Below are positions 1 to 12,508 of a stretch of 64,000 nt of DNA, in pieces. Location of the stretch: NCBI GenBank assembly GCA_963712745.1, contig CAVQJC010000020.1:160001-224000 (forward strand). Reading direction: 5' to 3'. Below the pieces are notes generated by a model that saw nothing but the letters and a program-made list of their open reading frames with translations, searched no databases and had not been told where the DNA came from. This DNA is from an uncultured Chloroflexia bacterium (GTDB lineage: Bacteria > Chloroflexota > Limnocylindria > Limnocylindrales > CSP1-4). The translations under genes were made by a program, and so were the position numbers. How positions within the stretch are numbered: position 1 is the first letter of the stretch; the number at the start of each line of letters is the position of its first letter.

Positions 1-635
1 TCCGCACCAAGGCCCCCGATCATGCGTACTTCCGCGGGGGTCTCGTAGGTGGGCCCGGTGAGCCCGAGGTAGATGCCCTCGGCGAGGGCCACGTCCACGG
101 CTCGCCCGGCCGACTGCAGGCGCTCGCGCAGCTCACTGTCCCAGACCCCGGTCATATCCGGGAAGCGGGGACCCAGGCGATCGTCATTGGGACCTATGAG
201 CGGGTTGCGCCCGGTGAGGTTGATGTGATCACGCATGACCATCAGGGTGCCCGCGCCGAGGGCCGGGTTCACGCCACCCGACGCGTTGGTCAGCAGCAGG
301 ACCGGCGCACCAAGGCGGCCGAGCAGCAGCGCCGGCTCTACGACCAGCCGCTCGCTCAGCCCTTCGTACATGTGCAGGCGACCACGCAAGCAGGCTACGG
401 GCGCGCCACGCAGCATGCCCATGATCAAGCGGCCGCTGTGACCAGGCACCGACGGCGCCGGCCAGCCGGGCATCTCCTCGAACGGGATCTCGGCTGAGTC
501 AGTGATCTCGTCGGCCAGTCCGCCAAGGCCGGAGCCCAGGACCAGGCCCAGCCGTGGGACGAGGTCCGTCTCGTCTCGGACGCGTGCCTCGAGCTCGTCG
601 AGTCGCTGACTGTACGGAACGATCGGATGGGACAT
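1..635 (-). CDS. punA: Purine-nucleoside phosphorylase (trimeric type), 3' part outside window
   Basis: Manual translation from ATG at 635 (GGAG RBS upstream): MSHPIVPY...LGLVLGSGLGGLADEI...QGRLHMYEG...LLTNASGG...DHINLTGRNPLIGPNDDRLGPRFPDM...GPTYETPAEVRM, typical PNP motifs. Confidence 0.92.
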   Translation of the reverse strand, partial: MSHPIVPYSQRLDELEARVRDETDLVPRLGLVLGSGLGGLADEITDSAEIPFEEMPGWPAPSVPGHSGRLIMGMLRGAPVACLRGRLHMYEGLSERLVVEPALLLGRLGAPVLLLTNASGGVNPALGAGTLMVMRDHINLTGRNPLIGPNDDRLGPRFPDMTGVWDSELRERLQSAGRAVDVALAEGIYLGLTGPTYETPAEVRMIGGLGA

Positions 636-683
636 CGGGCGCACTCCTGTGGCTGCTCCACCACAGGGTAGCCCGCGCCGGGC

Positions 684-815
684 GCAACGAAGTGCCCGGA
701 GCGACCTTCACGCTCTCCCGGGATCCGCCTTGATGCGATCTCAGCGGCTCCGAGTGCCGGTTCGCGTTGATGTGATCGCAGCGCTCCTGGCGTCGTGCCT
801 GGCCCCTCCGGGCAA
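684..815 (-). ncRNA. Candidate structured leader RNA or small RNA upstream of punA
   Basis: Inverted repeats TGCCCGGAG (693-701)/CTCCGGGCA (806-814) and TGCGATCTCA (734-743)/TGTGATCGCA (771-780), plus an alternative 3' hairpin followed by CUUCGUU. It starts directly downstream of a consensus-like promoter. No family assigned. Confidence 0.45.
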
Positions 816-820
816 GACCA

Positions 821-849
821 ACTATGCCTCCGTGGTCGGCCACGGTCAA
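821..849 (-). promoter_or_regulatory. Sigma70-type promoter TTGACC-N17-CATAGT
   Basis: Minus-strand TTGACC (849-844) and CATAGT (826-821) with exact 17-nt spacing, pointing into the structured region 814-690 and punA. Confidence 0.65.
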
Positions 850-950
850 TCGAGTTGTCCACGAGTTGACGCCATCCTCGCTGTCGCTATCCACCGATCC
901 GGCAGCACTGTGGACGAGCGGTGGAGAAATCCGACGGGGGCGAGCGGCGC

Positions 951-1652
951 TCAGTGAGCGCGACGGCGGGCGCGGACCAGGATGGTGTGCGCGTAGCGGT
1001 CGTGGAACCCCTGCTTGCTCGGGCTTTGCGCGATGGTGTAGAGCAGGAAGAGCAACCAGGCCATGCCCACGACAGCCAGGATGAGGCCGACGGCGCTGGG
1101 TACGTACACCACCAGCGAGGTCAGCAGAGCGGGGATACCGACGATCAGCCAGCGAACGAGCGAGTGGCGCAAGATGAGCGGGGATCCGTCGCGCTCGTCT
1201 CCGATGCGCAGGCCCAGCAGGCGCATCCCCACGGTCACGCCCGCGTACGTCCACAACCCCGCGAAGTAGGCCAGGCTGATGCCCAGCTGCAGCACCAGCA
1301 CTACCAGGAAAGCCAGCAGATCCAGCTCTCCGCCGGGAGCGTCGATGGCGCCAGGCTCGCTGACCAGGCCGCCGAAGAGCCAGGCCAGCGCGAAACCCAC
1401 CAGCGAGAGCACGATGATGTCGATGACGAGGGCCATGATGCGGTTGGGCACATCAGCGAGATAGAGCCCTGCTGGGCCCGGTGTCCGCGCGGTCGAGGTG
1501 ATGGTCCGCGTCAGCCCGCGGGAACTCCCGGCCCCGACCCCCGCGGCCACGACGGCTTCATCTTCGGGAACGCCATCACCTGGCGTCTCCTCCCAGATGG
1601 CCTCCTGCTCGGGCCCGGGATCATCACCCTGGGGCAGTCCCGACGTGGTCAT
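951..1652 (-). CDS. RDD family membrane protein
   Basis: ADVPNRIMALVIDIIV, GVTVGMRLLGLRI and KQGFHDRYAHTILV are RDD hallmarks. ATG at 1652 has a GGAGG RBS. Confidence 0.88.
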   Translation of the reverse strand: MTTSGLPQGDDPGPEQEAIWEETPGDGVPEDEAVVAAGVGAGSSRGLTRTITSTARTPGPAGLYLADVPNRIMALVIDIIVLSLVGFALAWLFGGLVSEPGAIDAPGGELDLLAFLVVLVLQLGISLAYFAGLWTYAGVTVGMRLLGLRIGDERDGSPLILRHSLVRWLIVGIPALLTSLVVYVPSAVGLILAVVGMAWLLFLLYTIAQSPSKQGFHDRYAHTILVRARRRAH

Positions 1653-1752
1653 CGCTGGCCTCCTGCGGCGCGCAGCCCAGCGCCATCCGGGGGCGCGGGG
1701 CACGACGCGTCCCGGTCAGGATACCCGTCCGTCCATGGCATGAGCGACCAAT

Positions 1753-2768
<1,016 letters not shown>

Positions 2769-2772
<4 letters not shown>

Positions 2773-3200
2773 GGATTGCGGATGGGTCGCGAGGCAGCCC
2801 GGCCGAACTCTCGTCGCTCTACTCCCCGCCCCATCCAACCGATGACGACCGAGGCGACACCGAGCAGGACATGGCCCAGCTGATCGAAGCCTGAGGTTGG
2901 CGCATCGTAGAGCCCGAGGAGGTCGCTGCTGACGAGGCTGAGGACGCCAGTGACGAGATAGAAGAGGCCCAGGCCAACCAGGCCGAAGGCCCGGTTGCGG
3001 CCATTGAGAGCGATGCCCACGTGCAGGAACAGTGCCCCGGTCACGAGGTGGACCAGGTCGTGGCCGAAGCCGGTCACGATGATACCGGTGTCCCCCGATC
3101 CGCCCGCGATGGGAGTGCCCACGGAGCCCGCGAGGCCGAGCGCCACCAGGATCGTGCCGACCACGACCGCGAACGTGCGCTCCAGTCCCATCGAGCCCAT
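2769..3200 (-). CDS. DUF4383-like four-helix membrane protein
   Basis: Four hydrophobic segments with HDLVHLVTG and DQLGHVLLG motifs. GGAGG RBS before ATG 3200. Confidence 0.7.
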
Positions 3201-3262
3201 CGGGCCTCCTGTCTCGTACCAAGCTCGGCCGGCCGAGACGTGGCTGGCCACCGGAGGCGAGA

Positions 3263-5242
<1,980 letters not shown>

Positions 5243-5312
5243 GTGGCTCCTCCTCCGCTCGTCCCTGGGCGCCTCGGATCGCGGCGTCGCTCGAAGCGCG
5301 CAGGATAGGCGA

Positions 5313-5340
5313 ACGCGCGACCTCCTGCGAGGCCGCGCGT
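5313..5340 (-). terminator. GC-rich hairpin (possible terminator) between the hypothetical gene and acs
   Basis: ACGCGCGGCCTC-GCAG-GAGGTCGCGCGT on the minus strand. The U-tract is poor, and a TATCCT -10-like box for acs follows. Confidence 0.4.
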
Positions 5341-5375
5341 CTTCGTCCGGCGGACGCCGCCTGGGAGCGCCGCCA

Positions 5376-5858
5376 TCAGGAGCCGGGTTTGTCGTCTCCG
5401 GGGATGTCAGGGGGTGTGCTGGCAGCCGCCGGATCGCTATCACTGCCAGGGGCCGTGGGCGAGGTACCGCGCGGGACCTGGCCGCTGGACACCGACGCCT
5501 GCGTGCCACCGGAGCCGCCATACCTCGGGGCGCCGGACGGGTAGTAGCGCTGGGCAGACTCGGCGGCCGTTCCGCGATTGCCCCACAGGCCGAACCACTT
5601 GGAGATGTCGAGGAAGAGGCCTATCAGGATCCACATCCAGTCCCAGCCTTCGATGTTGGCGCCACCAGCGAGGGCGGGCTGCCAGGCGAGCAGGAACATG
5701 ATGGTGGTGAAGGGCAGGAAGATGATGCCAAGCAGCGGCATGATCCAGTTGCCCTGCCAGACCACTTCCCAGCGATCACTGAAGATCCAGGCCAGGACCA
5801 GCACCACGCGCGGCGCGACCGCGATGCTGAAGGCCAGTAGACAACCGAGCAAGATCAT
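5376..5858 (-). CDS. Hypothetical small membrane protein with Gly/Ser/Pro-rich tail
   Basis: Three Trp-rich hydrophobic segments ([40 protein letters not shown]). Purine-rich RBS and host-like codon usage. Confidence 0.75.
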   Translation of the reverse strand: MILLGCLLAFSIAVAPRVVLVLAWIFSDRWEVVWQGNWIMPLLGIIFLPFTTIMFLLAWQPALAGGANIEGWDWMWILIGLFLDISKWFGLWGNRGTAAESAQRYYPSGAPRYGGSGGTQASVSSGQVPRGTSPTAPGSDSDPAAASTPPDIPGDDKPGS

Positions 5859-5888
5859 CGGGTTCCCTCTCCTCTACGTGTGGGCATC

Positions 5889-6690
5889 CTACCTGCCGGC
5901 GTCTACCCTCGAACCGCCCGGTTCGGGTGATACGGCGCCTCCCGTGTCGTCGCCCGCAGGCCCCACGGGAGGCGGGACGATGGCCTCGACCGCCTCCCGT
6001 GGGGCCAGGAAAGCGTTGGCCAGGAAGCCCGTGAGGGTGCCGAACACGCCCACACCGACCACGATGATGAGCCCGCCGATGACCCGGCCCGCGTCGGTGA
6101 CCGGGAAGTAGTCGCCGTAGCCCACGGTGGACATCGTCACCAGCAGGTACCAGACGGCGTCCGCAGCCGTCTCGATGTTGGCATTCTCGGCGCCGCTCTC
6201 GACCCACAGGATGGCCAGCGAACCGAACTCGAAGACCAGGATGGCCACCAGCAGCACCGAGAGCAGCCCGCCGGCTGCGCGATTCGAGAAGAAGGCCTTG
6301 AGCCCCTTGATGGGTCCACCCAGGCGTCGCATGATCGCTCATCACGCGCACGATGCGGAGGATGCGCAGGACGCGCAGCACCGGGAAGGCGGCCAGGAGA
6401 TCGATCCAGCCGGAGCCCCGCAGGAAGTAGCGGCGTCGGTCCTGCGCAACCACCAGACGGCGGCCCAGATCGAGCAGGAAGATCACCGTCAGGATCGAGT
6501 CCATGATGATGAACACCTGGTCCAGGTGCGGGTTCCTGAACAGGCCGATGAAGACGAGGTTGAAGACCGAGAGGATGGAGATGCCTAGGATGAAGACCTC
6601 CCAGGCGGGAGAGAGCAGGACCTCACCGTTCTCCTGCTGGCTGGTCCACTCGATCTGCTCGAGGTGTCGGTCGATGTCCATGTCCGCCAT
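5889..6690 (-). CDS. 6-TM voltage-sensor-type potassium channel, interrupted by a +1 frameshift at about 6336-6339
   Basis: The N-terminal frame has S1-S4 (PVLRVLRILRIVRVM). The C-terminal frame (5889-6332) has the pore TMSTVGYGD. Removing one base from AGCG joins them. Confidence 0.85.
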
Positions 6691-6881
6691 TGACTGCCTC
6701 TCCTCTGACTGCGCGGACTGGGCCCGCCGCGTTTCGCCTCATGCGCAGGCTGTTGCGCTCCGGACCGTATCTTCGGTGACCTGACCTGCGGCCAGCAAGT
6801 GTGCGCCAGGCGCCGCGGTCCTGGCCGCAAGTAGCGCCCTGAGGCTCCTGGGCCGGTGAGCAGGAGATACCATCGGAACCC

Positions 6882-8681
6882 ATGACCTCAGCCGACGCGA
6901 GCGTGCCACCCAAGGCTGCGCGGCCCTCGGCTCGCGAGCTTCTGGGCCGCTATGTGCCCATCACCGCCTGGCTCCCCCGCTATCCGAGGGCGTGGCTGGG
7001 CAAGGACATCGCCGCGGGCATCACCTCCTGGGCGGTGATGGTGCCGGTGTCCATGGCCTACGCGGAGCTGGCCGGCGTGCCTGCGGGCGTGGGCCTCATC
7101 ACGGCCACGGCCGGCCTCACGGCCTACGCCATCCTGGGCACCAGCCGCCACGCCAAGGTGACCACCAGCTCGACCATGGCCGTGATGTCCGCGTCCGTCG
7201 TAGCTCCCGCGGCCGCTGGCGATGCGGCTACCTACACGGCCATGACGGCCATGCTGGCCATCATCGTGGGCGTCTACCTGCTCGCAGCCGGCATCCTCAA
7301 GCTCGGCTTCCTGGCCGAGTTCCTGGCCAAGCCGGTCATCACCGGCTTTATCGTCGGGCTGGCCATCACCATCGCGGTGGGCCAGCTGCCCAAGCTCCTC
7401 GGCGTCGAGGGCAGCGATGGCAATGTCTTCGATCAGCTGGCCCACCTCATCGGGGAGCTGCCCGAGACGAACGTCATCTCACTGGCCCTGGGCCTGGCGG
7501 CCATGGTCATCATCATCGCCGCCCGGGCCATCGACCGGCGCATACCCGGGCCGCTCATCGCCGTCATCGGCGCCATCCTGCTCTCGACCGCCCTGGACCT
7601 GGCCGACGAGGGCGTGGCAGTGGTCGGCGACATCTCTGGCGGCGTGTCCGCCCCGGGCGTACCCGATGTCAGCCTCGGCGACCTCGCCTACCTGGCCACC
7701 GGCGCGGCCGGCATCATGTTCCTCGCCCTGGCCGAGTCACTGGCGGCGTCACGTGCCTTTGCCAACCGTCATGGCTACCGCATCGAGCCCGACCAGGAAC
7801 TCATCGCACTGGGCGGTTCGAACGCTGCCAGCGGCCTGGCGGGCGGGTTCGCAGTGGACGCCAGCGTCAGCTCCATGGCCGCGGGCGAGGCCGCCGGCAA
7901 CAAGTCGCAGCTGGCCTCGCTGGTCACAGCTGCGGGCATGGTCCTGACCATCGTCATCCTTTCTCCAGTGTTCACCAACCTGCCCCAGTCACTGCTGGCG
8001 GCGGTCATCATCACCTCCGTCATCAGCCTCGTCGACTTCGCTGAGTGGCGGCGCTATGTCCAGTGGCGCAAGACGGACGCCGCCCTCGCGCTCATCGCGG
8101 CTATCGGGGTCCTGACCACCGACGTCCTCGTCGGCCTGGTCATCGCGGCCCTCGTGTCGGTGGTGATCCTGCTGTACACCGCCAGCAAGCCAGCCATGGC
8201 TACCCTCGGCCGGCTGCCTGGACCGCACCAGCACTTCGTCGATGCCGGTCGCAACCCCGAAGCCGAGTCTATCGAAGGGCTGCTGATGCTTCGCTTGGAC
8301 ACGCCGCTCTACTACTTCAACGCTACCGCCGTCTCCGACCGGGTCCTGCGGGCGGTCGACGCGGCGGACGAGGTACCCAGGGCCGTGCTGCTCGACATCG
8401 AGGCCACCATCGAGCTCGACGTGACCACCTCCGATGCGCTGTACGGCCTCATCGGGGCCCTCGAAGAACGCGGCACCTACCTGGTCATCGTGCACGCCAA
8501 GGGCAGCGTTCGCGACCGGATGCGCAAGGTCGGCCTGATCGAGCGCCTCGGCTCGAGGGGCATGTACCCCAGCGAGCGCATCGCGGTCGAGGCTCTGGCC
8601 GAAGCACCTGAGGACGGCGCCGACGCAGTCGTCGACGCTGAGCCCGAGAGCCCGCCGCCGCCACTAGACTCGGACCGATGA
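6882..8681 (+). CDS. SulP/SLC26 anion transporter with STAS domain
   Basis: DIAAGIT...VPVSMAYAELAG, DQELIALG.SN, and C-terminal STAS (LRLDTPLYYFNA, VLLDIEA..ELDVT). Confidence 0.93.
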   Translation: MTSADASVPPKAARPSARELLGRYVPITAWLPRYPRAWLGKDIAAGITSWAVMVPVSMAYAELAGVPAGVGLITATAGLTAYAILGTSRHAKVTTSSTMAVMSASVVAPAAAGDAATYTAMTAMLAIIVGVYLLAAGILKLGFLAEFLAKPVITGFIVGLAITIAVGQLPKLLGVEGSDGNVFDQLAHLIGELPETNVISLALGLAAMVIIIAARAIDRRIPGPLIAVIGAILLSTALDLADEGVAVVGDISGGVSAPGVPDVSLGDLAYLATGAAGIMFLALAESLAASRAFANRHGYRIEPDQELIALGGSNAASGLAGGFAVDASVSSMAAGEAAGNKSQLASLVTAAGMVLTIVILSPVFTNLPQSLLAAVIITSVISLVDFAEWRRYVQWRKTDAALALIAAIGVLTTDVLVGLVIAALVSVVILLYTASKPAMATLGRLPGPHQHFVDAGRNPEAESIEGLLMLRLDTPLYYFNATAVSDRVLRAVDAADEVPRAVLLDIEATIELDVTTSDALYGLIGALEERGTYLVIVHAKGSVRDRMRKVGLIERLGSRGMYPSERIAVEALAEAPEDGADAVVDAEPESPPPPLDSDR

Positions 8682-9955
8682 CCGACTGGGATATCGAATC
8701 CGTCCGCTACCGCTTCCCTGCCCTGCGCCGTCCGGGCCCCGCCGAGGGGCCCGTGGCCTGGCTGGACAATGCCGCCGGCACGCAGGTCGCAGACACGTGC
8801 CTGCGCGCCATCAACGACTACCTCCTGGGCAGCAATGCCAACCACGGCGTCCCCAACGCGCCCAGCATCGAGACCGATGAGCTGGTCCGGGACGCACGCC
8901 TGGCCATGGCTGACCTGCTGGGCAGCACCGATGCCGACGAGATCAGCTTCGGACCGAACATGACCACCATCACCTACGCGCTGAGCCGCGCCATCGGCGC
9001 CTCCCTCGAGGCCGGCGACGAGATCGTCGTGACCCGTCTCGACCACGACGCCAACGTGGCCCCCTGGCTGGCCGTGGCGGAGGCACACGACCTGGTGGTC
9101 CGCTGGGTCGGCATCAGCGCGCAGGACGCCACGCTCGATCTCGACGAGCTCGAACGGGTGCTGGGGCCGCGGACACGACTGGTGGCCGTGGGTCTCGTGT
9201 CCAACGCCACCGGCAACATCAATCCCGTGCCCCGGATCGCCAACCTTGCGCACAAGACCGGCGCCCTCCTGTTCGTGGACGCGGTGGCGGCGGTGCCCCA
9301 CCTGCCGATCGACGTCGAGGCCCTCGGTGCCGACTATCTGGTCTGTTCGCCCTACAAGTTCTACGGGCCGCACCTGGGGGTGCTCTGGGGGCGGCGAGAG
9401 CTGCTGCAAGCGCTGCCGCCGTTCCACGTCCGGCCAGCCGGCGACGCCATCCCCGGTCGCTTCGAGACCGGCACCAAGGCTTTCGAGCTGCTGGCCGGCC
9501 TGGGCGGCACGATCCGCTACCTGGAGAAGGTCGGCATCACCCAGGGCGGTGCGCCGGGACTTCCGGGCCAGGCTGACCGCTTCCGCCGATCACGCCTGCT
9601 GGCTGCCTTCTCGGCCATCCGCCGCTATGAGACGACGCTGGGCGCACAGTTGCTCGATCGTATCGGCGCTGTACCGGGCAGCCGCGTCTACGGCCTGACC
9701 GACCCGGCTCGTTCAGCGGAACGTTGCCCCACGGTGGCCTTCACGCTCGACGGCCACGCGCCCGCGGGCGTGGCCCGTTTCCTCGGAGAACGTGGCATCT
9801 ACGTGCGCAACGGCGACCACTACGCCTGGGAGCTACATCAGGCCCTGGGCCTGGCCGAGACAGGCGGGAGTGTGCGGGTCAGCCTCGCCCACTACAACAC
9901 CCCCGACGAGGTCGAACGCCTCGGCCGCGCGTTGGACGAGCTGGCCTCGGCCTAG
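8678..9955 (+). CDS. Cysteine desulfurase-like PLP enzyme (class V aminotransferase, Cys-less subfamily)
   Basis: WLDNAAGTQV, RLDHDANVAPW and CSPYKFYGPH (PLP Lys). GDHYA replaces GHHCA. ATGA overlap with SulP. Confidence 0.88.
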   Translation: MTDWDIESVRYRFPALRRPGPAEGPVAWLDNAAGTQVADTCLRAINDYLLGSNANHGVPNAPSIETDELVRDARLAMADLLGSTDADEISFGPNMTTITYALSRAIGASLEAGDEIVVTRLDHDANVAPWLAVAEAHDLVVRWVGISAQDATLDLDELERVLGPRTRLVAVGLVSNATGNINPVPRIANLAHKTGALLFVDAVAAVPHLPIDVEALGADYLVCSPYKFYGPHLGVLWGRRELLQALPPFHVRPAGDAIPGRFETGTKAFELLAGLGGTIRYLEKVGITQGGAPGLPGQADRFRRSRLLAAFSAIRRYETTLGAQLLDRIGAVPGSRVYGLTDPARSAERCPTVAFTLDGHAPAGVARFLGERGIYVRNGDHYAWELHQALGLAETGGSVRVSLAHYNTPDEVERLGRALDELASA

Positions 9956-10051
9956 CTCGATAGGCAGGCGGGCCGGCCTCCCGGTTGCGGCTACGCGTCT
10001 TGGTGCGAAGCCCGGTCGGATACGATGGGCTGGCAAGCCCGGAGGAAGATG

Positions 10052-10540
10052 ATGGCCATCGAAGGTGCCGCGCCGAGGCGCGACTATGAGGAAGCGCTGC
10101 GCTCGCTCGGCCTCGTGTTCGACCACCAGCAACTCCAGGACGTCATGCTCCTCGAGCGCGACGGAGGCTTTCTGGCCACCGCGCTGGGGCAGGCAGAGCA
10201 GCTGCTCCCGGACGAACCCCAGAAGCGCTATCGGTTCGTCGAGACCACCTATCCCGACGACGAGATCGTGGCCGCCTCGATGCGAGGGGCGGAGCGCCGT
10301 GGTTCCCGCCACCGCGCTGATCGCAACGAGCTTGCCTTCCGGCTCATCGGCCGCTACGTCAACGAACACTCCGGATCACGAATCCTGGTCGTGGACCAGG
10401 GTGATGGCTTCCTGCTGCGCATGCTCGTCGACGCCGATGCCGACATGCCCCACCGCTTCCTCACCATCACCAGCCAGGATCTGGAGGAGATGCACGAGGC
10501 AGCGAAGGCGGCCCGCGGAGGACCCGGCCGCATCCTCTGA
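10052..10540 (+). CDS. Hypothetical protein with two tandem ~75-aa repeats
   Basis: GGAGG RBS at 10041-10045. The halves YEEALRSLG..FD....DVMLLERDGGFL and NELAFRLIGRYVN....RILVVDQGDGFL align by eye. Confidence 0.75.
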   Translation: MAIEGAAPRRDYEEALRSLGLVFDHQQLQDVMLLERDGGFLATALGQAEQLLPDEPQKRYRFVETTYPDDEIVAASMRGAERRGSRHRADRNELAFRLIGRYVNEHSGSRILVVDQGDGFLLRMLVDADADMPHRFLTITSQDLEEMHEAAKAARGGPGRIL

Positions 10541-10560
10541 GCCTGCGGCCGGTCGCGCAG

Positions 10561-12508
10561 GCGCCTATCCGGCTCTGGGCTCGACCCAGGCGGGCAGCTG
10601 CTCGCGCAGCACGTCGAGCGGCAGCGAGCCATGGCCGATGACCTGGTCGTGGAAGGCCTGGCGATCGAAGCGATGGCCGTCGCGCCCCTCCAGTTGCGCC
10701 CGCAGCGCCAGGATCTCGCGCTGACCGATCATGTAGCTCAAGGCTTGGCCTGGCCAGGCGATGTAGCGGTCGGTCTCGATCTCGGCATCGAGGCGTGCCA
10801 GCCCGGCCCGCGTGACGAGGACCTCGACGGACTGCTCACGACTCCAGCCGAACGCGTGCAGGCCGGTATCGACGACCAGGCGGGCCGCGCGATGCGCTTC
10901 CGACTCCAGCGCCCCGAACCGCTCGAGAGCCGTGTGATACAGGCCCATCTCGCCGGCCAATCGCTCGGCGTACAGGGCCCAGCCTTCGACGTAGGCGCCG
11001 CAGGCCAGCATGGCGCCATGCTTGCGAAAGGCCGGCAGATGGCCGAGCTGCCGTTCGGCGGTGAACTGGAAGTGGTGGCCGGGCACAGCTTCGTGGTAGG
11101 TCATCGCGACGGCTTGGTGGAGCGGCCGTGAGGGCGGGTCGTAGGTATTGAAGAAGTAGGTACCTGGACGGCTGCCATCCTCGGCCGGCGGGTAGTAGAA
11201 GGCCGCGGGCGCATCGCGCTCCGCGTGCGGCTCGACCGCCCGCACCACGCAGGGCTCGCTCGGTGGGTTGCCGAACCACGCGGGAGCCTCGGCCTCGGCC
11301 CGCCGGATCCACTCTTCCGCCGCCCGCAGCAGGTCCGCGGGATCGTCGACGTGGTTGTGCGGGTCCCCGTCGAGGAATGTGCGCAGCGCAGCCACGCTCG
11401 GCTGGCCAAGCTCGGCGGCCAGAGGCGCCTCGGCTGCCTCGATCTCGTCGAGCCGAGCGAGGCCGTATGCGTGGATGGCGCGCGGGTCTTCCGGCAGGTT
11501 GGTGTAGGCCATGATGTGGTGCTGGTAGACCGCCTCACCGTCGGACAGATAGCAGACACCCGGACCGGGGCGAACGTGCGCGGCATAGCGCTCGAGCATG
11601 TCGAGCCACTCCGCCAGCGACGGCTGCACGAACTCTTCGACTGCCGACAGCAGGGTCGCGCGCTGCTCATCTCCCAGCTTGGGATCGGCCAGCAGCAGCG
11701 GCAATTCGGCCGCGGGTGCCTGCACCATCCGCCGCGTCTGGTCGATACAGCGTGCCACCACCTCGGCGGGGGCAGTGCGACCTGCCGCGAGGCCCTCGGC
11801 CAAGTTGGCACGATGGGCAGCCATCCAGGCCGGGTATGCGGCCAGGCGCGTGAGCAGGTTCGCGAATCGCTCGGGCGTGTCGGTCCGATGGAGCCGGGCC
11901 AGCTCCCCGGGCAAGGCCTGCGGGCCGTCGATCTGGTCGATCGCATCCATCTGCCACAGCCGCAGCTCGTGGGCACCGCGCAGGCGCCGCACGATGGCCC
12001 GCATCAGGCCCAAGGTGAGGCGGTCTTCGACGCCTAGGGCATCGCCGTCCAGCTGGTCCACGGCCGCGGACCAGCCTTCGACGGTGGCCATCAGGGCTGC
12101 GCGTCCCTCAGGGGACGGGTCGTCGAGCCGGTCGTCCCAGCGCTCGTCGCCCTGAAGCGTCGCCCACAGCGGGTTCTGCGCGAGGAACTCCTCCCAGGCC
12201 TGGTCCGCAAAGCGGTGGACGGGCGTCGGCTGGAGCGCGGCAGTGGTCATGTGGTCCTCCCCTCAGGATGACGTCGGGTCGCCTATCCGGCTCTTGGCTC
12301 GACCCAGGCGGGCAGCTGCTCGCGCAGCACATCGAGCGGCAGCGAGCCATGGCCGATGACCTGGTCGTGGAAGGCCTGCTGATCGAAGCGATGGCCGTCG
12401 CGCTCCTCGACCTGCGCCCGCAGCGCCAGGATCTCGCGCTGACCGATCATGTAGCTCAAGGCCTGGCCCGGCCAGCTGATGTAGCGGTCGGTCTCGGTCT
12501 CGGCCTCG
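10561..12508. repeat. Near-identical ~230-bp direct repeat at the 3' ends of the two DUF885 genes (10561-10790 and 12279-12508)
   Basis: Long identical runs are visible by eye, e.g. gcccgcagcgccaggatctcgcgctgaccgatcatgtagctcaaggc, and the match continues through the stop codon. Confidence 0.9.
10565..12250 (-). CDS. DUF885 family putative Zn-metallopeptidase (copy 1)
   Basis: HEAVPGHHFQ, YVEGWALYAE, RAARLVVDTGLH and PGQALSYMIG. Confidence 0.92.
   Translation of the reverse strand: MTTAALQPTPVHRFADQAWEEFLAQNPLWATLQGDERWDDRLDDPSPEGRAALMATVEGWSAAVDQLDGDALGVEDRLTLGLMRAIVRRLRGAHELRLWQMDAIDQIDGPQALPGELARLHRTDTPERFANLLTRLAAYPAWMAAHRANLAEGLAAGRTAPAEVVARCIDQTRRMVQAPAAELPLLLADPKLGDEQRATLLSAVEEFVQPSLAEWLDMLERYAAHVRPGPGVCYLSDGEAVYQHHIMAYTNLPEDPRAIHAYGLARLDEIEAAEAPLAAELGQPSVAALRTFLDGDPHNHVDDPADLLRAAEEWIRRAEAEAPAWFGNPPSEPCVVRAVEPHAERDAPAAFYYPPAEDGSRPGTYFFNTYDPPSRPLHQAVAMTYHEAVPGHHFQFTAERQLGHLPAFRKHGAMLACGAYVEGWALYAERLAGEMGLYHTALERFGALESEAHRAARLVVDTGLHAFGWSREQSVEVLVTRAGLARLDAEIETDRYIAWPGQALSYMIGQREILALRAQLEGRDGHRFDRQAFHDQVIGHGSLPLDVLREQLPAWVEPRAG

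Noticed and set aside
684-815. Calling the punA leader a canonical SAH riboswitch, SRP RNA or 6S RNA
   Set aside because: Only the 5' SAH-like segment matches. The SRP domain IV motif is absent, and the RNA is short for 6S. It is kept as an unassigned candidate.
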